Part shown: positions 39,122 through 48,527 of the stretch, piece after piece
How positions within the stretch are numbered: the stretch's first letter is position 1
Layout of the letters: each line of letters starts with the position of its first letter
Source: an uncultured Candidatus Sumerlaeota bacterium
GTDB taxonomy: Bacteria > Sumerlaeota > Sumerlaeia > UBA8349
Length of the DNA: 64,000 nt
Reading direction: 5' to 3'
Assembly: GCA_964462565.1 (NCBI GenBank)
Contig: CAYWYC010000001.1
Coordinates: 5,738-69,737 of the forward strand
Made by a program: the position numbers and the translations under genes
The notes under the pieces: generated by a model
What the model was told of the DNA's origin: nothing
The model's database searches: none
What the model saw: the letters and a program-made list of their open reading frames with translations, nothing else

Positions 39122-40488
39122 GCGCCCTCCCCTCCCGGAATAATAATCCGGCCATAGAGATTCAAGTCACTCGCGTCTTCGATTTCCACTTCAATAAACT
39201 CGCCATTCTCGGGAACATATTCCGGTTCTTCTTCCAGCGGCATGATCACCAGGCCATCCACTTCCGGGGCCTCGCGCCAGGATCGGCCATGGGCGGCGCT
39301 ACCGTCTTCTTCAAAGGACTCGACCAGCACGCGGATCCGTTGCCCGATCAGCCCTTCAAGTTTCTCGGCGGTAATCTGTTCCTGAAGTTTGAGCAACTTT
39401 TCCCGACGGCGTTCCACCATCCTGGGCGCAACGCGGTTTGGGCTTTCGGCGGCAGGCGTACCTTCTTCGGGCGACCATTCAAAGGCCCCGAGCCAATCGA
39501 AACGCAATTCCTTCACCCCGTCCAGGAGCCGCTTGAATGCAGCGTTCGACTCACCGGGAAAACCGACGATCATGGTCGTGCGCAATACGACATCAGGCAC
39601 CGCCTCACGAAGCCGCGCGATCTTCTCCCGCGTCGCGTCCTCGGCGGCAGGACGCTGCATCGCGCGAAGCACGCCAGGGTCGAGATGCTGAAGCGGCATG
39701 TCGAGATACTTGCAGATTTTATCTTCCCGCGCAAAGACCTCGATAAACTCCGGCGTCAGGCCCGAGGGATAGAAATACATGAGACGAACCCGAAATTCCC
39801 CATCGATGCGGCAGATATCTTCGAGCAAGTGATTCAGATTATAATCGTCATACAGATCGCGTCCATAGGGTGAGATGTCCTGCGCGATCAGGACGAGTTC
39901 CCGCGTTCCGATTTCGACAAGGCCCCGCGCCTCTTCCAGAATAATCTCGCGCGGCACACTCCGGTATGGCCCCTTCATGGCAGGAATCGCGCAGAAAGCG
40001 CAACGGTGGTCGCAGCCGTCGGCAATCTTCAGAAAGGCATGGGGCCAGGCATCAAGCCGCGCCCGCGGCAAAGGCTTATCCATCGCCATATCCGGAGGAG
40101 CCAACGGAGTCGGTTGAATCGCTTCCTTCTCGGCATACTGATTCACGAGTTGCGCCAACTCCGGCAAATGCCCCACGCCAAAGCAGGCATCCACATCGGG
40201 AAATTTCGCGCGAAGATCGTCGGCCATCCGCTGCGCCAGACACCCCGCCACAATCACATGCCGCGGCATGCCCTTCTCCAACTTCGACGCGATCACCTCC
40301 TCCATCACCTCCAGTGACTGCTCCCGCGCATCCAGAATAAAACCACAGGTCACGATCACCACAATGTCGATCTCGTCCAGCGAACCATCTACCACCACCT
40401 CATGCCCATAGCCCTGAAGCAACCCGGCCAGATACTCCGAGTCCACCGTGTTTTTATCGCAACCAAGTGTGATGATGCCGACGATCAT
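39118..40488 (-). CDS. rimO: ribosomal protein S12 methylthiotransferase RimO
   Basis: MTTase N-terminal domain (ITLGCDKN), radical-SAM CxxxCxxC (DGCDHRCAFCAIP) and a C-terminal TRAM domain. The start is set at MIVGIITLGC, because the ORF-track N-terminal extension is implausibly Cys/Arg/Gly-rich. Confidence 0.85.
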   Translation of the reverse strand: MIVGIITLGCDKNTVDSEYLAGLLQGYGHEVVVDGSLDEIDIVVIVTCGFILDAREQSLEVMEEVIASKLEKGMPRHVIVAGCLAQRMADDLRAKFPDVDACFGVGHLPELAQLVNQYAEKEAIQPTPLAPPDMAMDKPLPRARLDAWPHAFLKIADGCDHRCAFCAIPAMKGPYRSVPREIILEEARGLVEIGTRELVLIAQDISPYGRDLYDDYNLNHLLEDICRIDGEFRVRLMYFYPSGLTPEFIEVFAREDKICKYLDMPLQHLDPGVLRAMQRPAAEDATREKIARLREAVPDVVLRTTMIVGFPGESNAAFKRLLDGVKELRFDWLGAFEWSPEEGTPAAESPNRVAPRMVERRREKLLKLQEQITAEKLEGLIGQRIRVLVESFEEDGSAAHGRSWREAPEVDGLVIMPLEEEPEYVPENGEFIEVEIEDASDLNLYGRIIIPGGEGA

Positions 40489-40514
40489 ATTGAGTCCCCA
40501 AAAAAGTATTCCGC

Positions 40515-41042
40515 CTATTCCGACTTTTCCGAATCCGAAGCCTCCGGCGCATCCATACGCTTCACGACCAGGTAAGTACTGTCGCGATCCACAACGACGA
40601 TAGGCGTGCCTTCCGGAATTTCTTCTTCCGAATAAAGCGCCCGAGCCTGCATACGCTTGCCATCGATCCGCACAAAACCCGTCGGATCCAGATCCACCAG
40701 TACCGCGCCTTCCATGCCGACCATCGTGTCTTCCGGCTTGGCATCGGGCTGGGTGGAGGAATAGGCCCCGATGGACATCTTGCGAACGGCATAAAAGAAG
40801 GCGACGGCTCCGGCGGCAACGGCAATAGGCACACTTATGAGAAGATAAACAATTCCCGCAGCCATGCCATATTCGGCAAAGCACAGATACGCGCTGAAAA
40901 GAATCAGCACGCTCCCGATAATACCGATGATGCCGCCGGGAACCAGGGCTTCCACCAGGATCAGCGCCAGGCCAACCACCAAAAGCAGTATGATTACCAG
41001 GAATGTCATCGTTGACTCGCTTTCATGCCACAGCTGAGGCAT
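40515..41042 (-). CDS. NfeD-family membrane protein (short form: N-terminal TM helices plus C-terminal OB-fold)
   Basis: Hydrophobic N-terminal half. The C-terminal GMEGAVLVDLDPTGFVRIDGKRMQARA...IVVVDRD matches the NfeD OB-fold beta-barrel. The start could also be the Met at 41009. Confidence 0.6.
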   Translation of the reverse strand: MPQLWHESESTMTFLVIILLLVVGLALILVEALVPGGIIGIIGSVLILFSAYLCFAEYGMAAGIVYLLISVPIAVAAGAVAFFYAVRKMSIGAYSSTQPDAKPEDTMVGMEGAVLVDLDPTGFVRIDGKRMQARALYSEEEIPEGTPIVVVDRDSTYLVVKRMDAPEASDSEKSE

Positions 41043-41113
41043 CCGTCAAAAAAACGTTTCCCGCAAGGCCTGCAGAGACTTCGCGGGAAAGGTCAATCCG
41101 TTTTGAATAAGGC

Positions 41114-42523
41114 TCAAACAGGCTTATGCGTTTTCTTCTTCTGGAACTTCTTGATCTCTTCCGTCTTCTTCTTGTCTTCCGGAAGGCCGCGTCCCATGAG
41201 GGCGGCAGTGGCTTTCTTCCCTTCTTCCACGCCGGGCTGGTCGAATGCGTTGATATTGTATAGCCCGCCGGAGAAGGCCGTCTGCACTTCCAGCATGTAA
41301 AGCAAACCGCCCACATTTTCCGGGGTGATTTCGTCGAGGATCAGGCGAACGCTGGGGCGCTTGGCCTTGTACAGCGCGAACTCCGTCGCTTCCAGTTCGG
41401 CATTGAGCAGTTCGCCCATATCGTTGCCCTTGAGGAAGTCGAGTTCGGAAATAGCGCGAAAACTCTTCGGAATGCGACATTGCGCGCGGAATTTTTCGAC
41501 TTGGATCAACGTGAAAATCTTGTCGTTCGGACCTTCCACGTAAAGCTGAACCTGCGAGTGCTGGTCGGTAGCGCCCAGGGCCTTGACAGGAGTCTGCCCG
41601 GCATAAACTTTTGCACCGCTGACGTCCTTGGCCTTGCCCAAACTTTCCGCCCACATCTGGCGATACCAGTCCGCCACATCGCGCAGCGCGTTTGAATAAG
41701 GCATCATCACGGAAATGACCTTGCCCTTCTTGGTGTCGGCCAGATAATGAATCGCCGAGTTCAGATAAGCGGGGTTTTTGAAAAGGTCGCTGGTCTTGCA
41801 GCGTTCATCCATTTCGCGGGCGCCGGCCATCATGCCCTTGATATCCACTCCTTCCACCGCCGCCGGAAGCAGACCGACTGCCGTGAGTTCGGAAAAACGT
41901 CCGCCCACATTGTCCGGCACGATAAAGGTGTGTTCCAGTTCCTGGGCGTCGGCGTATGGACGCAGCAGGCCCTTGGAGGTATCGGTGGTGGCGATCAGCT
42001 GCTTGGGCAGAGCCTTGGCGCCGGCCTTGCGCTTGATCAACTCCACAATCACCATCAGCTGCGACATGGTCTCAGGAGTCTTGCCCGACTTGGTAATGAC
42101 GTTGAAGATGGTTTTCTTCACGTCGATCACGTCGAGGAGTTTGGCCAGAATTTCAGGGTCCGAATTGTCCATCACGAAAAGGCGGGGGAAGCCTTTGCGC
42201 TTTTTTGAATCGACCAGGTTGTGATAGTTATGAGCCAGCGCGGAATGCACGCAGATGGGACCCAGGGCCGAGCCACCAATTCCGAGCACCACAAAGTTCT
42301 CGTACTTTTTCACCTTCTTGGCGCAGTCCAGAATCTGGTCGGCCAGATCGGTATCGTAGGGCAGGTCGTAAAAACCGAGTTGCTTGCTTTCGCGTTTTTC
42401 GATCAAATCTTCATGAATGGCGTCGGCTCGTTTCTGCAAAGCCTGGATGGATTTCAGGGTAACGCCGTGGCGGTTTCCGACCACGTCGGAGAGCGCCGCA
42501 TTGTAATCATACTTGATGGACAT
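41114..42523 (-). CDS. pgi: glucose-6-phosphate isomerase
   Basis: Bacterial/archaeal-type PGI with the SIS domain (VVLGIGGSALGP) and catalytic region. Length 469 aa. Confidence 0.9.
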   Translation of the reverse strand: MSIKYDYNAALSDVVGNRHGVTLKSIQALQKRADAIHEDLIEKRESKQLGFYDLPYDTDLADQILDCAKKVKKYENFVVLGIGGSALGPICVHSALAHNYHNLVDSKKRKGFPRLFVMDNSDPEILAKLLDVIDVKKTIFNVITKSGKTPETMSQLMVIVELIKRKAGAKALPKQLIATTDTSKGLLRPYADAQELEHTFIVPDNVGGRFSELTAVGLLPAAVEGVDIKGMMAGAREMDERCKTSDLFKNPAYLNSAIHYLADTKKGKVISVMMPYSNALRDVADWYRQMWAESLGKAKDVSGAKVYAGQTPVKALGATDQHSQVQLYVEGPNDKIFTLIQVEKFRAQCRIPKSFRAISELDFLKGNDMGELLNAELEATEFALYKAKRPSVRLILDEITPENVGGLLYMLEVQTAFSGGLYNINAFDQPGVEEGKKATAALMGRGLPEDKKKTEEIKKFQKKKTHKPV

Positions 42524-42586
42524 ATCTTTTCTTTCCTTTCCGAAAAAATCATCTCCCTATGTATTGCGAAGATGTGTGCTTTTCGC

Positions 42587-42630
42587 AATATAAAAATGGC
42601 ATCTCCGCGATGCCTTGCAGAGATGCCATC
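42587..42630 (-). terminator. rho-independent terminator downstream of the NuoEF-like gene (end of the long minus-strand operon)
   Basis: The 10-bp stem ATGGCATCTC/GAGATGCCAT, with a nested GGCATC/GATGCC alternative, is followed on the minus strand by UUUUUAUAUU. Confidence 0.5.
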
Positions 42631-42654
42631 ATAAAAACAACGTGAAGCAAGAAA

Positions 42655-45099
42655 TCACGCACCGGCTTTAACGGCTTCCTTGGCTTCTTCTTCGTCAACC
42701 TTAAGCGGCACGATATCGATCGCGTCTTCCGGACAGATATCCTTGCAGGCTCCGCACCGGACGCACTTGGCGCTGTCCACCTTGTGCTTCTTGTAGGGTT
42801 CCGGAAGAATGGCGTCGGTGGGACATGTCTGGGCGCAAAGGGTGCAGCCGATACACTTGTCGTTGATCTGGTAGCGCACCAGGTTGGGGCACTTTCCGGC
42901 CGGGCAGATGCCGTTGACATGGGCCTCGTATTCCTCACGGAAATGCTTGAGCGTGGAAACCACGGGATTGGGAGCCGTCTTACCCAAACCGCAAAGACTC
43001 GTGTTCTGAATCTTCGCCGCCAGGTCTTCCAGGTTTTCCAGATCTTTCTTGGTTGCTTCGCCTTCGCAAAGCCGCTCCAGAATCTCAAGCATACGTTTGG
43101 TCCCGATGCGGCAATAGGTACACTTTCCGCAGGACTCCGCCTGGGTAAAGTCCATGAAGAAACGCGCCACATCCACCATGCAGTCCCTGCTGTCGAGAAC
43201 CACCAGACCGCCCGAACCCATGATGCATCCCGTTTCCTTTACGGCTTCGAAGTCCACAGACGTGTCGCCCCACTCGGATGGCAAACAACCACCCGAAGGA
43301 CCACCCAACTGCACGGCCTTGAAGGTCCGGCCTTCGCGAACGCCACCGCCGATCTGATGAACGATCTGGTTGATCGTCGTTCCCATGGGGACTTCGATCA
43401 GACCGCCACGCTTGACCTTTCCGGCCAGGGCGAAAACCTTGGTGCCCTTGCTGCCTTCCGTACCGAGTTTGGCAAAGGCTTCGGGACCGTTACGCAGGAT
43501 CCATGACACGCAACCAAAAGTCTCGACATTGTTCACCAGCGTCGGACAACCCCAGAGTCCCTTTTCGGCGGGATAAGGCGGACGAAAGGTCGGCATACCG
43601 CGATTACCCATAATCGACGCAAGCAGCGCGCTTTCTTCACCGCACACAAAAGCACCCGCACCTTCCTTCACCTTCAGGTGGATGTTCTTTCCGGAGCCGA
43701 AAACATTGTCACCCAAAAAGCCACGCTCTTCAGCCTGTTCCAGCGCCTTCTTAATACGCTGAACGGCCAGGTTGTATTCCGCGCGAATGTAGAGGTAGCC
43801 CTCCGTGGCGCCAACTGCAAGCGCGCCGATGGCGATGCCTTCCAGAATGCGATGCGGATAGGCTTCGAGCAACATGCGGTCCATAAACGCGCCGGGGTCG
43901 CCTTCGTCGCCGTTGCAGACGATGTACTTGGTATCGCCTTCCGCGTTATGCACGAGATTCCACTTGGTCCCGGTCGGAAAACCCGCGCCGCCTCGGCCAC
44001 GCAGGCCGCTGTTCTGGATGGCCTTGATAATATCCATTTCGCTATATTCTTTGGAGCATTTTTCCAAGGCGCTATAGCCGTCGGCTTCCACATATTCATC
44101 GATATCCAAAGGATCGATCGCGCCGCACTGGTCGGTTACGATACGCACCTGGGGGTCCAGAAAGGCTCCCCCGTCGCCCGTCTTTGGATCGATGACAACG
44201 CCCGTCTGTCTGACTTCTTCTTCATCATTGGTCAGGAAATCGACCGCCGAAGCAATGCTGCTCTTGATGCGCCCAAACAGGGATCCGGGCTTGACCGATT
44301 GCCGGATCAGGCGCTTGGCGCTGTTGACATCGTTATCCCCAAAGAGAATCGCCTCGCCATTCGGCTTGACCACTTCCACCAAAGGCACGCGATGGCACAT
44401 CCCCGAGCAACCAACGGATTTGATCAGCACATTGGAGCCGGCCAGTTTGGCGGCCATCTTCAAGGAGTCGCAAACTTCCTGGCTACCGCTGGCGATGCAG
44501 CAGGAGTTCAAGCCCACGCGCACCTCGTATTGCGGCTTGTCTTCACCAAGTAGTTTCTCGCGAACTTCCATGCCTTCTTCGCGGTCCTTGTCGTGCAGGC
44601 CGGCTTCTTCGTCCCGCAGGAATTTTTCCAGCGAATCCGTCGCCTTGCCCGGCGTCAGATGACCGAAGGTGTAACCGTCGATCAGCATAACCGGAGCCAG
44701 CGTACAACAACCAATACAACCCACGCGCTCCAGGGTAAACACCTTGTCGCAGTCGGTATCCTCATCTTCACTGACGATTCCCAACTCACGCCGAAGGGTA
44801 TCGCTGATCCGTTCCGCGCCTGCAACATGGCAGGCCGTACCATGGCAGACCTGAACCACGTGCTTACCGGTTTCACGATGACGAAACTGGCTATAGAAGG
44901 TGGAGATACCCATGAGTTGGGAGGCCGATATGTCCGTGTTCAGACAGACATAGTTCATGGCCTCCATGGGCAGGAATCGCCACTGGCGCTGAATCGCCTG
45001 AAGAATGGGAATAGCCGACTCCGGCTTGTGCCCGCACTCCTTGATGATGCGATCCAGTTCCTTAAATTCGGTAAAACGTCCATTTTCTTCTGACATCAT
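42655..45099 (-). CDS. fused NuoE-like [2Fe-2S] thioredoxin-fold plus NuoF-like NADH/FMN flavoprotein with additional Fe-S ferredoxin domains (HndC/HydB-like NADH-dependent diaphorase subunit)
   Basis: N-terminal NuoE motifs (CHGTACH...CIGCC). A second 2Fe-2S-like module. NuoF signatures GLRGRGGAGFPTGTKW (NADH), FVCGEESALL (FMN) and CGKCTYCR (N3 cluster). Two C-terminal 4Fe-4S motifs (CIGCTLCAQTCP, CVRCGACKDICP). Length 814 aa. Confidence 0.85.
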   Translation of the reverse strand: MMSEENGRFTEFKELDRIIKECGHKPESAIPILQAIQRQWRFLPMEAMNYVCLNTDISASQLMGISTFYSQFRHRETGKHVVQVCHGTACHVAGAERISDTLRRELGIVSEDEDTDCDKVFTLERVGCIGCCTLAPVMLIDGYTFGHLTPGKATDSLEKFLRDEEAGLHDKDREEGMEVREKLLGEDKPQYEVRVGLNSCCIASGSQEVCDSLKMAAKLAGSNVLIKSVGCSGMCHRVPLVEVVKPNGEAILFGDNDVNSAKRLIRQSVKPGSLFGRIKSSIASAVDFLTNDEEEVRQTGVVIDPKTGDGGAFLDPQVRIVTDQCGAIDPLDIDEYVEADGYSALEKCSKEYSEMDIIKAIQNSGLRGRGGAGFPTGTKWNLVHNAEGDTKYIVCNGDEGDPGAFMDRMLLEAYPHRILEGIAIGALAVGATEGYLYIRAEYNLAVQRIKKALEQAEERGFLGDNVFGSGKNIHLKVKEGAGAFVCGEESALLASIMGNRGMPTFRPPYPAEKGLWGCPTLVNNVETFGCVSWILRNGPEAFAKLGTEGSKGTKVFALAGKVKRGGLIEVPMGTTINQIVHQIGGGVREGRTFKAVQLGGPSGGCLPSEWGDTSVDFEAVKETGCIMGSGGLVVLDSRDCMVDVARFFMDFTQAESCGKCTYCRIGTKRMLEILERLCEGEATKKDLENLEDLAAKIQNTSLCGLGKTAPNPVVSTLKHFREEYEAHVNGICPAGKCPNLVRYQINDKCIGCTLCAQTCPTDAILPEPYKKHKVDSAKCVRCGACKDICPEDAIDIVPLKVDEEEAKEAVKAGA

Positions 45100-45140
45100 T
45101 TATTTCCTTATTCCGGCATTTGCGTCGGGTCAAACGGCAA

Positions 45141-47042
45141 TTACTCCTGCTTGCCGATGGCGTACAAATAGCCTTCGCTTCGAATGTAGATTTTGTTGTC
45201 CACAAAGGCGGGAGTACCGTAAATCGGTTCGTCCAGCGAGCCTTCGGACAGGGCCTTGTATTCATCACCCAAGCTGAAAATACGGGTGATGCCATCATTG
45301 CAGGCCAGATAGATGGTGTTGGCTTCATCGCTTACATAAATCGGAGACGCTGTCGCCCCGGCAGGCAGAAATTCTTCCCAAAGCAGACTACCGTCTTTGG
45401 TGTTGAAGCAGGTCAGGTAACCACCCGCCGCCACCTGGAGCACATAATCACCCGCCGTCACCGGGCTGACCGTATCAGGCAGACCATCGTCGGCCTTCCA
45501 GACAATGTGATCTTCCCCAAGGGTGCCGCTGCCGCCGGGTTTGATAGCCAGCAGTTCCGCGCCGTCGCAGGTGATATACATTTTTTGTCCGTCCCAGGCC
45601 GGAGACGGACCGGGTTCGCAGAAATACCATTCGGCGCGCCATTTTTCCTTGCCCGTCATGGGATCATAAGCCGCGTTCCACTCAGGAGCGACCAGCACCA
45701 GTTCATCACCACTTTCGGCGGGAACGATGGACGGCGAAGCCCAGGAAGCGCCAAAAGGACGGTTCGTCTTGAAGACTTCTTCGCCCGTTTCGCCCTTAAT
45801 GCCATAGATGAAAGAACTGTCCACATCGTCGTGATCCCACTGCACATAGACCAGACCCTTGTGGGCCAGCAAGGAAGAAGCATAGCCGTACATGCTTTCA
45901 TGCCTGCCGAAGCTGTTGATCCATTTCACATTTCCATCAAAGTCCACCGCCGCCAGATGTCCTGTCGCAAAAATGGCGTACACATATCGCCCGTCTGTCG
46001 CGGCGGTCGATGCGGCATAGCCCGTATCGGGATAGATATCGGTCAGTTCAATATCATCTTCTTCAGGGATGTCCAGTTTGCTTTCCCATAGCATTTCGCC
46101 ATCGGCCCGGTTAAAGGCATAGACATAGCGGCTTGCGCCGTCGGCGCCGGTCAGAAAAATCTTGTCGTCCCAGATGATGGGCGAATTATTACCGGGCATT
46201 ACGAGTTCCGTGGTCCACAGAATATTCTCTTCGGCAAGGCCGTCCCATGTATCGGGGTAGTCGCCTTTTTCGGCAATGCCCAGGTTGCCGGGTCCACGCA
46301 AACAGGGCCAACTGAATTCCGCTTCCGGCAGTTCAACCGTTTCGGGAGCGGCGGGGGTCGGCTCCGGCGTGTCCCCACCATTTTCGCCAGCGCCGTTCGT
46401 TTCCGCATCGCCATCCGTCGCCTCGGCCATCTGGCTCTGATCGACCTTCTTGGCCATCTCAGTCCAGTCTATGTCTTCCAGGGCCCCCCTGCCGACAAAG
46501 GCCAGGATCACCAGCGCCGCAATCAGCACCGCGCCCACAATCGTGGCCATCAGGGCAATGCGGCCCTTGTAAAAATCGCTCATGCCATTTTCACCAAGTT
46601 GCGCCTGGATATCGCTCAGCCGTATCTTTCGTTTCTTGGCTTCCGATTCCAGATTTTCAATCTCACTTTTCAGCAAGGCTTTCTCTTGTTGAAGGTCACC
46701 AGAAGTCGGCGGGTACTCCAGCGCCAGGCTGAAATACCACTTTGCGGAAATGATCCAGAATACCAATGCGCCTAACATGATATAAAACGCCGCCTGAAAG
46801 CGCTCACGGTTGCGGAAATATTCCTGTCGCAAAGTCAGGTCTTTTTCGCGAATTTCTTCCATCAGTTCCTTGTTTTGGGGATCGGAGGCCAGTTCCTCCT
46901 TCATCTCATCCAGTTCCGTGGTCACCAGCAGGCCACTTTTCTGCTCCTCCAAATACTGGTAAAAAACCACGCCCAGCATAATAACAAGAAATACTCCCAA
47001 CACGATCATCAGATTGAATGCGATTTTCTTTTTCTGATTCAT
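45141..47042 (-). CDS. membrane-anchored PQQ-type (BamB-like) beta-propeller repeat protein with N-terminal TM helices, coiled-coil and a Gly/Asp/Glu-rich linker
   Basis: Two hydrophobic helices flank a coiled-coil segment. A low-complexity ATDGDAETNGAGENGG linker follows, then repeated YVYA...DG..LW / GKEKWR motifs typical of PQQ-like eight-bladed propellers. Confidence 0.7.
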   Translation of the reverse strand: MNQKKKIAFNLMIVLGVFLVIMLGVVFYQYLEEQKSGLLVTTELDEMKEELASDPQNKELMEEIREKDLTLRQEYFRNRERFQAAFYIMLGALVFWIISAKWYFSLALEYPPTSGDLQQEKALLKSEIENLESEAKKRKIRLSDIQAQLGENGMSDFYKGRIALMATIVGAVLIAALVILAFVGRGALEDIDWTEMAKKVDQSQMAEATDGDAETNGAGENGGDTPEPTPAAPETVELPEAEFSWPCLRGPGNLGIAEKGDYPDTWDGLAEENILWTTELVMPGNNSPIIWDDKIFLTGADGASRYVYAFNRADGEMLWESKLDIPEEDDIELTDIYPDTGYAASTAATDGRYVYAIFATGHLAAVDFDGNVKWINSFGRHESMYGYASSLLAHKGLVYVQWDHDDVDSSFIYGIKGETGEEVFKTNRPFGASWASPSIVPAESGDELVLVAPEWNAAYDPMTGKEKWRAEWYFCEPGPSPAWDGQKMYITCDGAELLAIKPGGSGTLGEDHIVWKADDGLPDTVSPVTAGDYVLQVAAGGYLTCFNTKDGSLLWEEFLPAGATASPIYVSDEANTIYLACNDGITRIFSLGDEYKALSEGSLDEPIYGTPAFVDNKIYIRSEGYLYAIGKQE

Positions 47043-47102
47043 TGAATCTTTCGCCCTTCTAATAAAGAATTCTTGCTGCTCTTTGTATATGTGCGCCGTC
47101 TT

Positions 47103-47579
47103 TTAAAGACGGTTCGGTTCCGGTATGGTCTCACCGGTTTTCTCGCGTTTACGCTGATGCTCCACGGGACAAGCGTCATAACAACGCCCGCAAGCCAGGC
47201 AGTAGCCATAATCGGCCTCATAATCCGAACGCTTGCCCTTGAAAAAAACGTTGCCGATCTTCATGGCAACAACCAGACCCAGGAAGACGCCCAGGATCGT
47301 CGCGCCGACGCGGTACTTACCGCGCATCATGGTGGCCCGTTCGTAAATGAACTCCGCCGGCATGCCCTGTGCCCGATAGGCCTCCGTCTCCAATGTTTGC
47401 TCTTCCATCTGCTGCTTTTCTTCCAGGTAAAGCCGTTCCGCCACGCGGACAGAATAATCCATGCGCGAAAGCGAATGAGCCGCCAGTCTCCCAACAATGC
47501 CGCCTACAATCGGCAGTAATACCAAGGCCGCAACAAAAACACCAAAACGGTGAAAGCGGTTTTGTATATAGATCTTCAT
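47103..47579 (-). CDS. small membrane protein with two TM helices and a single C-terminal ferredoxin-like CxxCxxCxxxCP motif
   Basis: CLACGRCYDACP near the C-terminus. Two hydrophobic helices (FGVFVAALVLLPIVGGIVG and VGATILGVFLGLVVAM). The start is at the internal Met MKIYIQN, abutting the upstream NapH-like gene. Confidence 0.5.
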   Translation of the reverse strand: MKIYIQNRFHRFGVFVAALVLLPIVGGIVGRLAAHSLSRMDYSVRVAERLYLEEKQQMEEQTLETEAYRAQGMPAEFIYERATMMRGKYRVGATILGVFLGLVVAMKIGNVFFKGKRSDYEADYGYCLACGRCYDACPVEHQRKREKTGETIPEPNRL

Positions 47580-47580
47580 C

Positions 47581-48459
47581 TTATGCACCTTCCTCAAGTT
47601 TTTTATCGGATTCCCGAATCGCCCCAAAGGGACAGGCGTCCCGGCAAAGCCCGCATACCACGCACTTGTCCGGCGTGATGGTCACATGCTTCCACGAAAA
47701 GCGCGAAAGCAGACTCAGCAAAGCGCCATAGGGGCACAGATAACGGCAATAAGCCCGTCCCACAAACATGCAGAGGATGATAAAGGCGATGCTGATCACC
47801 CAGAGATAAAACTGTGCCGAAAAACGCCAGAACGAGACAAAGGGGTCATACTGGCAGATAATGAGCTGTGAACCCAGGGCCGCGAAAAGCACCGCAAAAC
47901 CCAGGTAGAAATAGCGGATAATGCTCAGGCCCTCGTCCAGATACCGAGGCACCCGAATGGGCTTTACCAATATCAATTCCTGCATGGCGCCCAGCGGACA
48001 TACCCCGGCGCAAAAAACGCGCCCGTAAAAGATAGACAAAACCAGAGGCAGCAGGAAAAACAAAAGCACGAATCCCGGCAACGCATAGGTCGGATCGAAG
48101 ATGGCCATCGACACGTTGCCAATTGCCCCAATCGGACAAACGCAACCCCTCCGATAAAAGCCGAAATAAAGCACGGCGAAAATGGTCATACCGAGCATGG
48201 CCTTGCGGCTGCGCAGCTTATAGATAAAAAACGTGGCCACGATCAAGGCTATCGCCAGCACCCCCGTATCCATCCAGGCCTTCCAGCCCTGCCGGGCGGG
48301 CGTCTGACTTTTGTATGGATACTCATAGTCAGGCCCGAAATCCGGCGGGGGAAACCTTTCTTCCACACTGGCGGTCCAGCCGGCTCCCACAAGCAGAAAA
48401 ATGATGGTGACGATCAATCCCAGGATGATCGTTTTTCGTCGTAAGGCGAGTCCATTCAT
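47581..48459 (-). CDS. NapH/MauN-family membrane polyferredoxin (CX3CP-motif iron-sulfur membrane protein)
   Basis: Multiple TM helices interleaved with GCVCPIGA, CAGVCPLGA and CRYLCPYGA motifs, plus a C-terminal CVVCGLCRDACP 4Fe-4S motif. This is the classic NapH/NosH/MauN architecture. Confidence 0.75.
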   Translation of the reverse strand: MNGLALRRKTIILGLIVTIIFLLVGAGWTASVEERFPPPDFGPDYEYPYKSQTPARQGWKAWMDTGVLAIALIVATFFIYKLRSRKAMLGMTIFAVLYFGFYRRGCVCPIGAIGNVSMAIFDPTYALPGFVLLFFLLPLVLSIFYGRVFCAGVCPLGAMQELILVKPIRVPRYLDEGLSIIRYFYLGFAVLFAALGSQLIICQYDPFVSFWRFSAQFYLWVISIAFIILCMFVGRAYCRYLCPYGALLSLLSRFSWKHVTITPDKCVVCGLCRDACPFGAIRESDKKLEEGA

Positions 48460-48527
48460 TGCTTCACATAATTCCGATTCTAATATGAGATGTGTTCATA
48501 CATATTCCAACGTGCTGCGTCCTGCGC

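Noticed and set aside
40489-40884. 132-aa N-terminal extension of the rimO ORF (MLCRIWHGCGNCLSSHKCAYCRCRRSRR…)
   Set aside because: The composition is Cys/Arg/Gly-rich and non-protein-like. The canonical RimO N-terminus MIVGIITLGCDKN begins at 40488. The extension is an artefact of an open upstream frame.
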